From NCBI GenBank assembly GCA_028710695.1, contig JAQTTP010000004.1, positions 30,001-62,000 of the forward strand: a DNA stretch of 32,000 nt. Direction: 5' to 3'. The stretch's first letter is position 1; each line of letters opens with the position of its first letter. Source of the stretch: Candidatus Iainarchaeum sp. (lineage in GTDB: Archaea; Iainarchaeota; Iainarchaeia; Iainarchaeales; 0-14-0-20-30-16). Positions 18,560 through 26,417 of the stretch are shown here, one piece after another. A program made the position numbers and the translations under genes. Below the pieces are notes generated by a model. That model had not been told where the DNA came from, did not search any database, and saw only the letters and a list, made by a program, of their open reading frames with translations.

Positions 18560-19234
18560 ATGGATGTAAAGAAACAATATGATAAAATTGGAAAAGATTA
18601 TTGTAAATTACAGGAACAGTTCTTTTCTAAAAAAATAGACTGGTCCCATAAAACAATTGAATTATTATTGCCAAATCTTGTAGGAAAAAAGGTTCTTGAT
18701 TTGGGTTGTGGGTATGGCCGAGCAATTAAGTTATATGAATCTCTTGGTGCAAAAGATAATTATGGTGTTGATGTTTGCAAGAATCTAATTGAGGAAGGAA
18801 AGAAGTTGGTTTCTAAGCCACAAAACCTTTTTGTTGCGAATATGGAAAAAATGCCTTTTGAAAATGGCTTTTTTGATGTGGTAGTTGGAAGATTTTCTTT
18901 GCATTATTTGAAAAATTTTGAAAAAGCTTACAGAGAAATTGCAAGGGTTATGAAGTCTGGTGCAATTTTAATATTGATTGTACATCATCCAATTTATGAT
19001 TTAATTCGCCAGAAAAAAAAGAACTATGGAAAACAGGAGATAATTATTGGAAATTTATTTAACAATAAAATAAAATTACAATTTCCAAGCCATACACTTT
19101 GGGACTATTTCTCAAAAGAGTTTTTTAATAAATTCCAGCTTGTTGATTTTGTAGAAGGGCAAGGCTTGGCAGAATTAAGAATAAATGATTTTAAAGTTCC
19201 AACTTTTATGGCAATAAAAGCAATAAAGAAATAA
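18560..19234 (+). CDS. class I SAM-dependent methyltransferase
   Basis: VLDLGCGYGRAIKLYESLGA...GVDVCKNLIEEGKKL...MPFENGFFDVVVGRFSLHYLKNFEKAYREIARVMKSGA. Confidence 0.88.
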   Translation: MDVKKQYDKIGKDYCKLQEQFFSKKIDWSHKTIELLLPNLVGKKVLDLGCGYGRAIKLYESLGAKDNYGVDVCKNLIEEGKKLVSKPQNLFVANMEKMPFENGFFDVVVGRFSLHYLKNFEKAYREIARVMKSGAILILIVHHPIYDLIRQKKKNYGKQEIIIGNLFNNKIKLQFPSHTLWDYFSKEFFNKFQLVDFVEGQGLAELRINDFKVPTFMAIKAIKK

Positions 19235-19239
19235 TTATT

Positions 19240-20034
19240 TTATTTTTTGGGTGTGGGATTTAAATGTGTGTGTACAAAGAATCTTCCTGCGAAAAATAGT
19301 ATCTCTCTTATTGTTTTTGGATTTAAATTATATCTTAAAGTTAAATCCACGGTTTTGTTAATGACCTTCCTAGGGTATAACTTTTGCTTTCCAATCGCTT
19401 GGCCACCAACAAAATTTAAATGTTCAAAACTTGTATTATGTTCTTTAAATGCAGATTCTAGCCTTCTTTTTGTAAGCCCGAAATCAACGAAATCAATCAT
19501 AATTATTTTTTTTGGCTTTGTAGACGCATATATTTTGCCTGCTTGTTTAATAAGGGCCTGCTTCTCCTGTATTGCTGGTAGGCCACGCAGATCACTTGGT
19601 GCGGCAGCAGCGGGGGTTATTATTGTTGTTGCGGAAATATTTGTCACTCCTTGCTTTCTTAATTCTTCAATAAGCCCACGCATGAAGTAAAATGTAAATA
19701 ACTGCCCAGTTAGTGGAAATAAGAATAAAGTTTTTTCTTTGGATTGTATTGCGGACGTTATGACAGTTTCTAAACCAGATTTGTGGGTATTTTCAGGCTG
19801 TGGGTTATATTTTTGGCCTAATAAAGACTTTATTTGTTCATTATATTCTACACCGTATCTTTTCTTGAAAAACTCTTCTGCCTTTTCTGTTGTAATTTCC
19901 TGTCTTTTCTTTAGTCCTGCCCTTTCAAGCTCTCTTCTTCGTTCTCTTAAGAATGCCTTTCTGTTTTGTCTTGCACCCAACTCTCCGTCTTTTAATTTTC
20001 TGTATTCTGCTTTGAATTTTGGAAGTTCTGGCAT
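19240..20034 (-). CDS. conserved-looking hypothetical protein (about 264 aa), basic coiled N-terminus plus possible PRTase-like C-terminal domain
   Basis: Long ORF with protein-like composition. Segments TLFLFPLTGQLFTFYFMRGLIEELRKQG and KKIIMIDFVDFGLTKRRLESAF suggest an alpha/beta fold. ATG at 20034 preceded by GTGAT. Confidence 0.65.
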   Translation of the reverse strand: MPELPKFKAEYRKLKDGELGARQNRKAFLRERRRELERAGLKKRQEITTEKAEEFFKKRYGVEYNEQIKSLLGQKYNPQPENTHKSGLETVITSAIQSKEKTLFLFPLTGQLFTFYFMRGLIEELRKQGVTNISATTIITPAAAAPSDLRGLPAIQEKQALIKQAGKIYASTKPKKIIMIDFVDFGLTKRRLESAFKEHNTSFEHLNFVGGQAIGKQKLYPRKVINKTVDLTLRYNLNPKTIREILFFAGRFFVHTHLNPTPKK

Positions 20035-20052
20035 GATAATCACTATGTGAGC

Positions 20053-20667
20053 TTACCAAAGCCCAGTTACAACTAATACAATTCCTGCTGCTAGGCTGAT
20101 GATGTGTAATAGTAAATAATCAAGAGTTGTTGTGCTGCCTAGAAGAATGAACTTAGCAATTACTATTAAGATCAGCAGAATTCCTAAGCCCAAAATGACT
20201 TTTTTGAATATTGCCATCTTTCCTGTTCCTGGAGAGAAATGTTCTATCTTGTAATCTAAAGTATTAATGTCCTTTTTCTGGAGATCAACTTTCTGTTTCA
20301 TATCATTTACAATATCTGAAACAGTCTCTGATTTCTTGTTTATGTTCTGCTCGAACTTGTCCTGTTTTCTTGCTGTCTCTTTTACAAACTCATCTGTTTC
20401 TGTAGCAATTAAAGTTTTGTTCTTTTCCATTATGTCTTCAAGAATTTTCTTTTCGATCTCTGATTCTTTTTCTTCTAAATAATTGATAGTTTCTTTTTTT
20501 GTTTCTGATAAAATTAAGTCGAAAGTATTGGCTTCTGACATGAGCAGAAGATTCTTTATTTGGGCTTCATCAACACCCAAAGACTTTAAAGTTTCAACAA
20601 TCTTCTCTTCGCTTTCTCCTTTGCTTAACATATCTTTTATTGTCTTAATAATATTTGGCTCTACCAT
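20053..20667 (-). CDS. coiled-coil protein with two C-terminal TM helices
   Basis: MVEPNIIKTIKDMLSKGESEEKIVETLKSLGVDEAQI N-terminus, long charged helix, then IFKKVILGLGILLILIVIAKFILLG and LLLHIISLAAGIVLVVTGLW. Confidence 0.75.
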   Translation of the reverse strand: MVEPNIIKTIKDMLSKGESEEKIVETLKSLGVDEAQIKNLLLMSEANTFDLILSETKKETINYLEEKESEIEKKILEDIMEKNKTLIATETDEFVKETARKQDKFEQNINKKSETVSDIVNDMKQKVDLQKKDINTLDYKIEHFSPGTGKMAIFKKVILGLGILLILIVIAKFILLGSTTTLDYLLLHIISLAAGIVLVVTGLW

Positions 20668-20677
20668 ACATATCCCT

Positions 20678-21313
20678 CTAGCTTACCTTCAAATCAAAAT
20701 TTATTTCTTCGTCAATGTTATTTGCTTCATTAAAAATATGGAAAAATATTTTATTTGTTCCTTGTAATTTTGGAATAATTATAAAAGAAAAATCTTCACA
20801 TTTGTCTTTTTCAATGATCTTTGTTTTTTCTGTGTCATTTATTTCAAATCCCTCATTTTTATAAACTTCTGTAGTTAGTCCTATATCGTCACCAGTATTG
20901 CAAATTGAAAGCATTATCTCTGTAGAAATATCTTTCTTTAGCTCTTTGTAACTTATGTTGAAATTAAGATAATTAAATCCTTTGAAATCCTTTAGATCTA
21001 CCTCTTTGTAGAATTTTTGGACTCCTGCTGCATTTACTTCCAAAATGTTTTTTCCTTTTGCAAGGGTTATATTAACTGTTTTTTGTTCTCCTGGGTTTAA
21101 ACTAAAATTTTCTCCTTTTTCACCATTGAGAGTTACAAAGATGTTTGTTATAATGTGGTTTTGAGTATTAGTCATCTTTAGTTCTAAGCTATCTTCTTTA
21201 AGCTCTGCTTTAACGTCTAGATCTTTGTTTATGAATAATAAAACTAAGACAGAAACAAGTACAAGAATTAAAAAAATTAAAAGAGCACCTTGAAGTATTT
21301 TCTTTGAAAACAT
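20678..21313 (-). CDS. N-terminally anchored extracytoplasmic hypothetical protein
   Basis: MFSKKILQGALLIFLILVLVSVLVLLFI TM helix followed by a beta-rich region with NITLAKGKNILEV. Confidence 0.7.
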   Translation of the reverse strand: MFSKKILQGALLIFLILVLVSVLVLLFINKDLDVKAELKEDSLELKMTNTQNHIITNIFVTLNGEKGENFSLNPGEQKTVNITLAKGKNILEVNAAGVQKFYKEVDLKDFKGFNYLNFNISYKELKKDISTEIMLSICNTGDDIGLTTEVYKNEGFEINDTEKTKIIEKDKCEDFSFIIIPKLQGTNKIFFHIFNEANNIDEEINFDLKVS

Positions 21314-21318
21314 GCTAT

Positions 21319-21672
21319 TTAAAGAAGTTTTAATTTATTTATATATCTATCGATTTCTTTTTCCTTTACTGGCCCTATCCCAATACAAGTGTGGGTGTTT
21401 GGCTCTACCTGGGTGTGACCAGCATCAGTGATTAAAACTGTTGGAAATTTTGGCTTTAACATATTGTAAAGTTTTAATAATTCGTCTTCGCTTTCAACTT
21501 TTAGAACAATTTTTTTCTGGTATGGAAGCCATTCTTCTATTATGTCTTTGTCTCTATTTTTTGCAATTAAAAATGCAGAAAGGGAGGCGTGCGATGCCTG
21601 CGCAGCTATCTTTCCTTTCCCCATTTTTAAGTCAGATCTAACTATAATAACTTGTTTACACAATTGTGTCAC
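21319..21672 (-). CDS. pth2: peptidyl-tRNA hydrolase type II
   Basis: KQVIIVRSDLKMGKGKIAAQASHASLSAF...KKIVLKVESEDELLKL...FPTVLITDAGHTQVEPNTHTCIGIGPV. Confidence 0.96.
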   Translation of the reverse strand: MTQLCKQVIIVRSDLKMGKGKIAAQASHASLSAFLIAKNRDKDIIEEWLPYQKKIVLKVESEDELLKLYNMLKPKFPTVLITDAGHTQVEPNTHTCIGIGPVKEKEIDRYINKLKLL

Positions 21673-21675
21673 GTC

Positions 21676-22158
21676 CTATTGTCCTTCTTCGCTAGTTTCA
21701 TCTTCTTCAGGCTCATCTTCTGGTTCGTCTTCAGGTTCTTCGCCGTCTTCATCATCGTTTGGGTCATCTTCTTGTTCATCATCTGGATCTACGGCAGCCT
21801 TAACTGCGCCATCAGTAGGCATTAGGTAAGTTATTGTTTTTGTTATTCCGTAATCTCCCCACATGTGACTGAATGAAACTTCTTTACCTATTGGTAACTT
21901 TAGAGCTTTGTACCCTTGGAACATTAATTCTTCAACTTCTTCTTTTGATCTCTTTAGGTGGAATGTGCTGTTGTATCCTATAATTGCATAATTTGAGTTA
22001 GCATCAAGTAGCTTGAATACCTTTTGTTTTGTGATCTTGTCTAAATGAAATTCTTCTCCTGTGCTTACATTAATTTCTTCGGTTTCCTTTTCTTTACTAA
22101 AAGGAGGAACCCACATATTCTTGATTGAATTTACCTGCATTTTTGTTTTCATAATCAT
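21676..22158 (-). CDS. hypothetical protein with strongly acidic C-terminal tail
   Basis: 160-aa ORF immediately upstream of pth2; tail DPDDEQEDDPNDDEDGEEPEDEPEDEPEEDETSEEGQ. Confidence 0.65.
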   Translation of the reverse strand: MIMKTKMQVNSIKNMWVPPFSKEKETEEINVSTGEEFHLDKITKQKVFKLLDANSNYAIIGYNSTFHLKRSKEEVEELMFQGYKALKLPIGKEVSFSHMWGDYGITKTITYLMPTDGAVKAAVDPDDEQEDDPNDDEDGEEPEDEPEDEPEEDETSEEGQ

Positions 22159-22332
22159 CCCCTCTGTTAAATAAAAAAAATTTACTCAAAAAAAAGGCTT
22201 TAATCCTATATATACCTTTTCTTTTATGTATTAAAGATAAGAATTTAAAGCTAAGTTGGTTTATAATTATTACTTTTCTATAAATATAGTAACTACTTGT
22301 GTAGTTTTTTATGCTAATTTGGGGGAATAAAA

Positions 22333-23487
22333 ATGAAGAGTCTATTAAGCAACGCGATAGTAAAGGCAAAAGAAGAGGCTAAGAAGCCGGCTTTAGATAA
22401 ACACGCAAATACAGCTATTGATGAAGATATTATTAAAGTTTTAGAAGAATCAAAGGCAAAGATTAAAGTTTTCGGTGCTGGGGGGGCAGGTGGAAACGCA
22501 GTGAATAGAATGAAAGAAAGTGAAATAGACGGCGTTGAACTTGTTGCAGTTAATACTGATGCACAAGCATTGATTAATAATATTGCAGACAAAAAAATAT
22601 TAGTTGGAAGAAAATTGACAAAAGGATTAGGTGCTGGTTCTGAACCAAATGTTGGTGAAGCTGCAGCAAAAGAATCAAAAACAGAATTAGAAAAAGAGAT
22701 TAAAGGTTCTGATTTAGTTTTCATTACTTGTGGAATGGGTGGTGGAACTGGAACTGGTGTTGCTCCTGTAATTGCAGAAATTGCAAAAGAGAATGCCTCT
22801 TTGACTATTGCAGTAGTAACTTTGCCTTTTACAGTAGAAGGAAGAGTAAGAACTGCTAATGCTTTAGAAGGGCTAAAGAAATTAAGAAGCGTTGTTGACA
22901 CAGTAATTGTGATCCCAAATGATAAAATACTTGAAATAGCACCAGATTTACCATTGAATACTGCATTCAGAGTTGCTGATGAAGTTTTAACAAATGCAGT
23001 AAAAGGAATTGCAGAAATGATTACAAAGCCAGGATTGATTAACTTGGACTTTGCAGACTTGAGAACAATAATGTGTCGTGGTGGAGCAGCAATGATAGGT
23101 TTAGGAGAAAGTACTCCTGAAGCAAATTCAACTGACCGGGCGCTATTGGCTGCAGAAAATGCATTAACATCTCCTTTATTAGATATTGATATTTCAAAAG
23201 CAAAAAGAGCTTTAGTAAATGTTGTCGGTGGAACAGATATGAGTATTAAAGAAGCCCAAACTATTGTTGAAGCAGTAGCAAGTAAGATTGATCCAGAAGC
23301 ACATATAATTTGGGGTGCAATGATTGACCCTGAAATGGCAAAAACTCAGATTAGGGCAATGATAGTAATTGTTGGCGGATACTTCCCATATATTGACGGG
23401 CCTGTGCCTGGAAAATCAGACAAAGTAAAGTTTAAGGACTCAGATGATGGGGAATTAGACGACTTTGATATAGGATATACTGGCTAA
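22333..23487 (+). CDS. ftsZ: cell division GTPase FtsZ
   Basis: KVFGAGGAGGNAVNRM, NTDAQAL, VFITCGMGGGTGTGVAPVIAEIAKE, VTLPFTVEGRVR, NLDFADLRTIM. Confidence 0.98.
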   Translation: MKSLLSNAIVKAKEEAKKPALDKHANTAIDEDIIKVLEESKAKIKVFGAGGAGGNAVNRMKESEIDGVELVAVNTDAQALINNIADKKILVGRKLTKGLGAGSEPNVGEAAAKESKTELEKEIKGSDLVFITCGMGGGTGTGVAPVIAEIAKENASLTIAVVTLPFTVEGRVRTANALEGLKKLRSVVDTVIVIPNDKILEIAPDLPLNTAFRVADEVLTNAVKGIAEMITKPGLINLDFADLRTIMCRGGAAMIGLGESTPEANSTDRALLAAENALTSPLLDIDISKAKRALVNVVGGTDMSIKEAQTIVEAVASKIDPEAHIIWGAMIDPEMAKTQIRAMIVIVGGYFPYIDGPVPGKSDKVKFKDSDDGELDDFDIGYTG

Positions 23488-23505
23488 AATAGATCTAAAG
23501 TTTAA

Positions 23506-23529
23506 GGGTTGTATTTAAAAAGACAACCC
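23506..23529 (+). promoter_or_regulatory. inverted repeat GGGTTGT-(10 nt)-ACAACCC between ftsZ and secE
   Basis: 7-bp perfect stem; not followed by a T tract. Confidence 0.35.
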
Positions 23530-23555
23530 ACTTATTAGGTATTAAAAGTGAGATT

Positions 23556-23717
23556 ATGAGCGGTTTAGTTGAAAATTCAAAAAGAGTATTTACTGTTGCT
23601 AAAAAGCCAGATAAACAAGAGTTTTGGGGCATCGCAAAGTCAACAGGCTTGGGGATATTGTTTATTGGGCTTGTGGGGTTTGTGATTTATTTAATATTTC
23701 AATTTTTCTTATTATAA
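23556..23717 (+). CDS. secE: preprotein translocase subunit SecE/Sec61-gamma (53 aa, not in supplied ORF track)
   Basis: Manual translation MSGLVENSKRVFTVAKKPDKQEFWGIAKSTGLGILFIGLVGFVIYLIFQFFLL; canonical position between ftsZ and spt5. Confidence 0.93.
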   Translation: MSGLVENSKRVFTVAKKPDKQEFWGIAKSTGLGILFIGLVGFVIYLIFQFFLL

Positions 23718-23735
23718 AATATTGTGTGATCACCG

Positions 23736-24173
23736 ATGATGTTTACTTTGAGAACAATGTATGGAAGAGAAGAGCTAGTTGCATGTATCCTTAAGAAAAA
23801 GGTTGAGGATGAAAACTTAGCAATTTATTCTGTAATTATGATGCCTAATGTAAAGAACTATTTGTTGGTTGAATCTGACAATGAAACAACCTTGAAGAGG
23901 GCAATTATAGATATTCCATATGTTAGAAAGACCAATATTACTGTTGGAAATGTAAGCCAAGAAGAGCTAAAATCTCTGTTAAAAGTTGAGCCTATGATGC
24001 AGAAACTTGATGTTGGTACAGTAGTAGAGATAAAGAATGGATACTTAAAGGGAAATAGGGCAAGAGTAGTAAGAGTAAACCCAACAAAGGAAGAAGTAAC
24101 TGTTGAAGTACTTGATGCTGCTGTTAAGATCCCAATAACAATTAAAGCAGAGAGCGTAAAGATAATAGAGTAA
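23736..24173 (+). CDS. spt5: transcription elongation factor Spt5 (archaeal NusG)
   Basis: NGN-like domain (MMFTLRTMYGREELVACIL...) and KOW VGTVVEIKNGYLKGNRARVVRVNPTKEEVTVEVLDAAVKIPITIKAESVKII. Confidence 0.95.
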   Translation: MMFTLRTMYGREELVACILKKKVEDENLAIYSVIMMPNVKNYLLVESDNETTLKRAIIDIPYVRKTNITVGNVSQEELKSLLKVEPMMQKLDVGTVVEIKNGYLKGNRARVVRVNPTKEEVTVEVLDAAVKIPITIKAESVKIIE

Positions 24174-24241
24174 TTAGGCCATTAAAACAGAATCTTGGCT
24201 GTCCTGGCTTTACAAGTAGTTTTGTGAAGGAAAACGGGGAA

Positions 24242-24263
24242 AGGTTTATAAATTTATATAAAC
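24242..24263 (+). promoter_or_regulatory. putative TATA region of the L1-L10-L12 operon
   Basis: aaaggtttataaatttatataaacc, about 60-80 bp upstream of the L1 start. Confidence 0.5.
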
Positions 24264-24278
24264 CTAATATAACCATAA

Positions 24279-24309
24279 GCCTAGTTTTAGGCCGTACTGC
24301 ATATTGCAG
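24279..24309 (+). promoter_or_regulatory. two tandem leader hairpins upstream of the L1 SD
   Basis: GCCTA-gttt-TAGGC (24279-24292) and CTGCA-tat-TGCAG (24297-24309), the latter abutting the GGAGG SD. Confidence 0.4.
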
Positions 24310-24320
24310 GAGGTTTTAAC

Positions 24321-24980
24321 TTGAATAAAAATTTAGTAGAATTCTTGAAAAAAGTGGTAGTAGAGTCTAAACCAAGGAAATTTCCACAATCAGTAGACGT
24401 TAGTATCAACTTTAAGAATATAAACTTTAAACAACCTCAGAACAGGATAGAAGTAAATGTAGAAATACCAAAACCTTTTGGAAAAAAGATGAAGGTTTTA
24501 TTGTTTGCTTCAGACCAAGGTGTAAAAACTGAGTTAAAAGATGTTGTTGATAAAGTAGTTGGAATTGAAGAAATACCTAATTTGGATAAGAAAGCAATAA
24601 AGAAAATTGCTGTTGGTTACGATTTGTTTTTTGCTGAAAACAAAGCTATGCAAACAGTTGGTAAATATTTAGGACAGACTTTAGCTCCAAGAGGAAAGAT
24701 GCCAAAATTGGCTTTGCCAAATAAGAATGCAATGTTGGCTATGATAAACAAGGAGCAAAATTCTATAAAAATAACAAATAAGAAAGGTAAGTTCTTGCCT
24801 ACAGTACATTTTAAGATAGGGTCAGAGAAGACATCCGCTGAAGACTTGACAATGAACTTAGGGGCAGCAATGGAAAAATTAATTGCGGCTTTGCCATCTA
24901 AAGAACAGAATATTAAATCAATTTATGTAAAGACTACAATGGGAGCAGCATCACAAGCAGATATTAAATTTTTCTTGTGA
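24321..24980 (+). CDS. rpl1: ribosomal protein L1 (TTG start)
   Basis: GKKMKVLLFAS..., GKYLGQTLAPRGKMPKLAL, HFKIGSEKTSAEDLTMNLGAAMEKLIAALP; SD aggagg. Confidence 0.96.
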   Translation: MNKNLVEFLKKVVVESKPRKFPQSVDVSINFKNINFKQPQNRIEVNVEIPKPFGKKMKVLLFASDQGVKTELKDVVDKVVGIEEIPNLDKKAIKKIAVGYDLFFAENKAMQTVGKYLGQTLAPRGKMPKLALPNKNAMLAMINKEQNSIKITNKKGKFLPTVHFKIGSEKTSAEDLTMNLGAAMEKLIAALPSKEQNIKSIYVKTTMGAASQADIKFFL

Positions 24981-25001
24981 GGCTAACCGAGTGTGATACT
25001 T

Positions 25002-25799
25002 ATGATACAAAGAAAAGGCCATAACAGGCAATGGAAAGAAAAACAGATGGAAAAAGTAAAGTCAAAGTTTAATGACTATCCAACTGTTGCAATTGCTACT
25101 GTTGAAGCTTTGCCAGCGGCAATTGAAAGAAAGTATAGAGATATTCTAAAGAAGAATGATTCATGTATATTTACTATAAAGAATAAACCAGTAATGAAAT
25201 TCTTTGAAGAATCAAAATTGCCTTTGGGCGAAAAAATACACGGGACATCAGTTGTAATACTATCAAAAAAGAGCCCATTTGAATTATTTGCATTGATAAA
25301 AAAGAATGCAGGTTTAACTGCTGCAAAAGTAGGATCAGTAGTTGACATATCTATAACAGTTCCCGAAGGGGACACTGGGATTGCTGCAGGTCCAGCACTA
25401 TCAGACTTTAAAGCACTAAAGTTAGATACTCAGATAAGAAATGGAAAGATTTTCATTGCTAAGCCAAAGGTTGTTGTTGAACCGGGCCAGCAAGTTGATG
25501 AAAAGATTGCTACAATCTTGAATAAACTGAAGATAAAGCCAATGAAAGTTTATATGAAGATTTTAGGAGTTTATAACAAAACAGAATCATTATTATACTT
25601 ACCAGAGGCATTGGACGTTGATTACGACGTTTACAGAAGCAAGTTTGCTAAGGCCTATAATGAAGCAACATCAGTGGCAATAGAAGCACGTTATATAGCT
25701 AAAGAAATAGTTGATAAGTTTATAGCTAAAGCATACAGAGAAGCTAAAGCAGTTGATTCAAAAACTGCTGGCGGTAAGACTGAAGAAGTAAAAGGATGA
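25002..25799 (+). CDS. rpl10: ribosomal protein L10 (P0)
   Basis: LFALIKKNAGLTAAKVGSVVDISITVPEGDTGIAAGPALSDFKALKLDTQIRNGKIFIAKPKVVVEPGQQVDEKIATILNKLKIKPMKV. Confidence 0.96.
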   Translation: MIQRKGHNRQWKEKQMEKVKSKFNDYPTVAIATVEALPAAIERKYRDILKKNDSCIFTIKNKPVMKFFEESKLPLGEKIHGTSVVILSKKSPFELFALIKKNAGLTAAKVGSVVDISITVPEGDTGIAAGPALSDFKALKLDTQIRNGKIFIAKPKVVVEPGQQVDEKIATILNKLKIKPMKVYMKILGVYNKTESLLYLPEALDVDYDVYRSKFAKAYNEATSVAIEARYIAKEIVDKFIAKAYREAKAVDSKTAGGKTEEVKG

Positions 25800-25816
25800 T
25801 ATTAAGAGGTGAAACT

Positions 25817-26110
25817 ATGCAATATGTGTACGCTGCGATGTTATTGCATTCAGCAAAGAAGGAAATAAACGAAGCTGCAGTTGAAAAAATAATTAACGCT
25901 GCAGGTTTAGAACTAGATAAAGGAAAAGTAAAAGCATTAGTAGAAGCTTTAAAAGAAGTAAACATAGACGAAGTAATTAAGCAAGCATCTACTGTAGTTG
26001 CCGTAGCTCCATCCGCTGGTTCCGCAAAAGCTGAAGCAAAAGAAGAAGTAAAGGATGACAAGAAAACTGAAGAAGAAGCAGCAGCAGGCTTAGGATCATT
26101 GTTCGGTTAG
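25817..26110 (+). CDS. rpl12: ribosomal protein L12 (P1)
   Basis: MQYVYAAMLLHSAKKEINEAAVEKIINAAGLELDKGKVKALVEAL...EEEAAAGLGSLFG. Confidence 0.96.
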   Translation: MQYVYAAMLLHSAKKEINEAAVEKIINAAGLELDKGKVKALVEALKEVNIDEVIKQASTVVAVAPSAGSAKAEAKEEVKDDKKTEEEAAAGLGSLFG

Positions 26111-26137
26111 AATTTCTAACCTTACATTATTTTTTTA
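26105..26137 (+). terminator. hairpin GGTTAG-aattt-CTAACC overlapping the L12 stop, followed by a T run
   Basis: 6-bp stem including TAG stop, then ttacattattttttt. Confidence 0.55.
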
Positions 26138-26329
26138 TGCCTTCTGTTTAATCTGTTCAGACAACAGTATTTTTTCTAATTTTTTTGCTAACTTTGTAAT
26201 TTTAATATATAAACCACCCATGTTAAACTAATTATCTATTTTTGTATTCTTTGTTTGCAAACCTTTTGTTATCTGTGTAAAATGGTTTGGAAAACTAAAA
26301 AATTATACATAAAGTATCTACATAAAATA

Positions 26330-26351
26330 GAAAGTATATAAAGGTTTATAG
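26330..26351 (+). promoter_or_regulatory. putative TATA region for nrdJ
   Basis: gaaagtatataaaaggtttatag upstream of nrdJ. Confidence 0.45.
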
Positions 26352-26417
26352 CTAGTTTCTTATATCCAATTTTGGTATTAATTTTTTTGTAAAATCTTGT
26401 GATGGGTGTTTGTTATG

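Noticed and set aside
19247-19690. 147-aa plus-strand ORF
   Set aside because: Lies wholly antisense to the minus-strand 19240-20034 ORF, has a hydrophobic/Cys-scattered composition typical of shadow ORFs and no recognisable motif.
24174-24320. tRNA or unannotated L11 gene in the Spt5-L1 gap
   Set aside because: Too short for L11 and no tRNA cloverleaf or T-loop motif; best explained as promoter and leader.
26111-26417. Cobalamin riboswitch upstream of nrdJ
   Set aside because: No B12-box-like sequence recognised in the AT-rich region, and such riboswitches are mainly bacterial; only a TATA-like promoter is supported.
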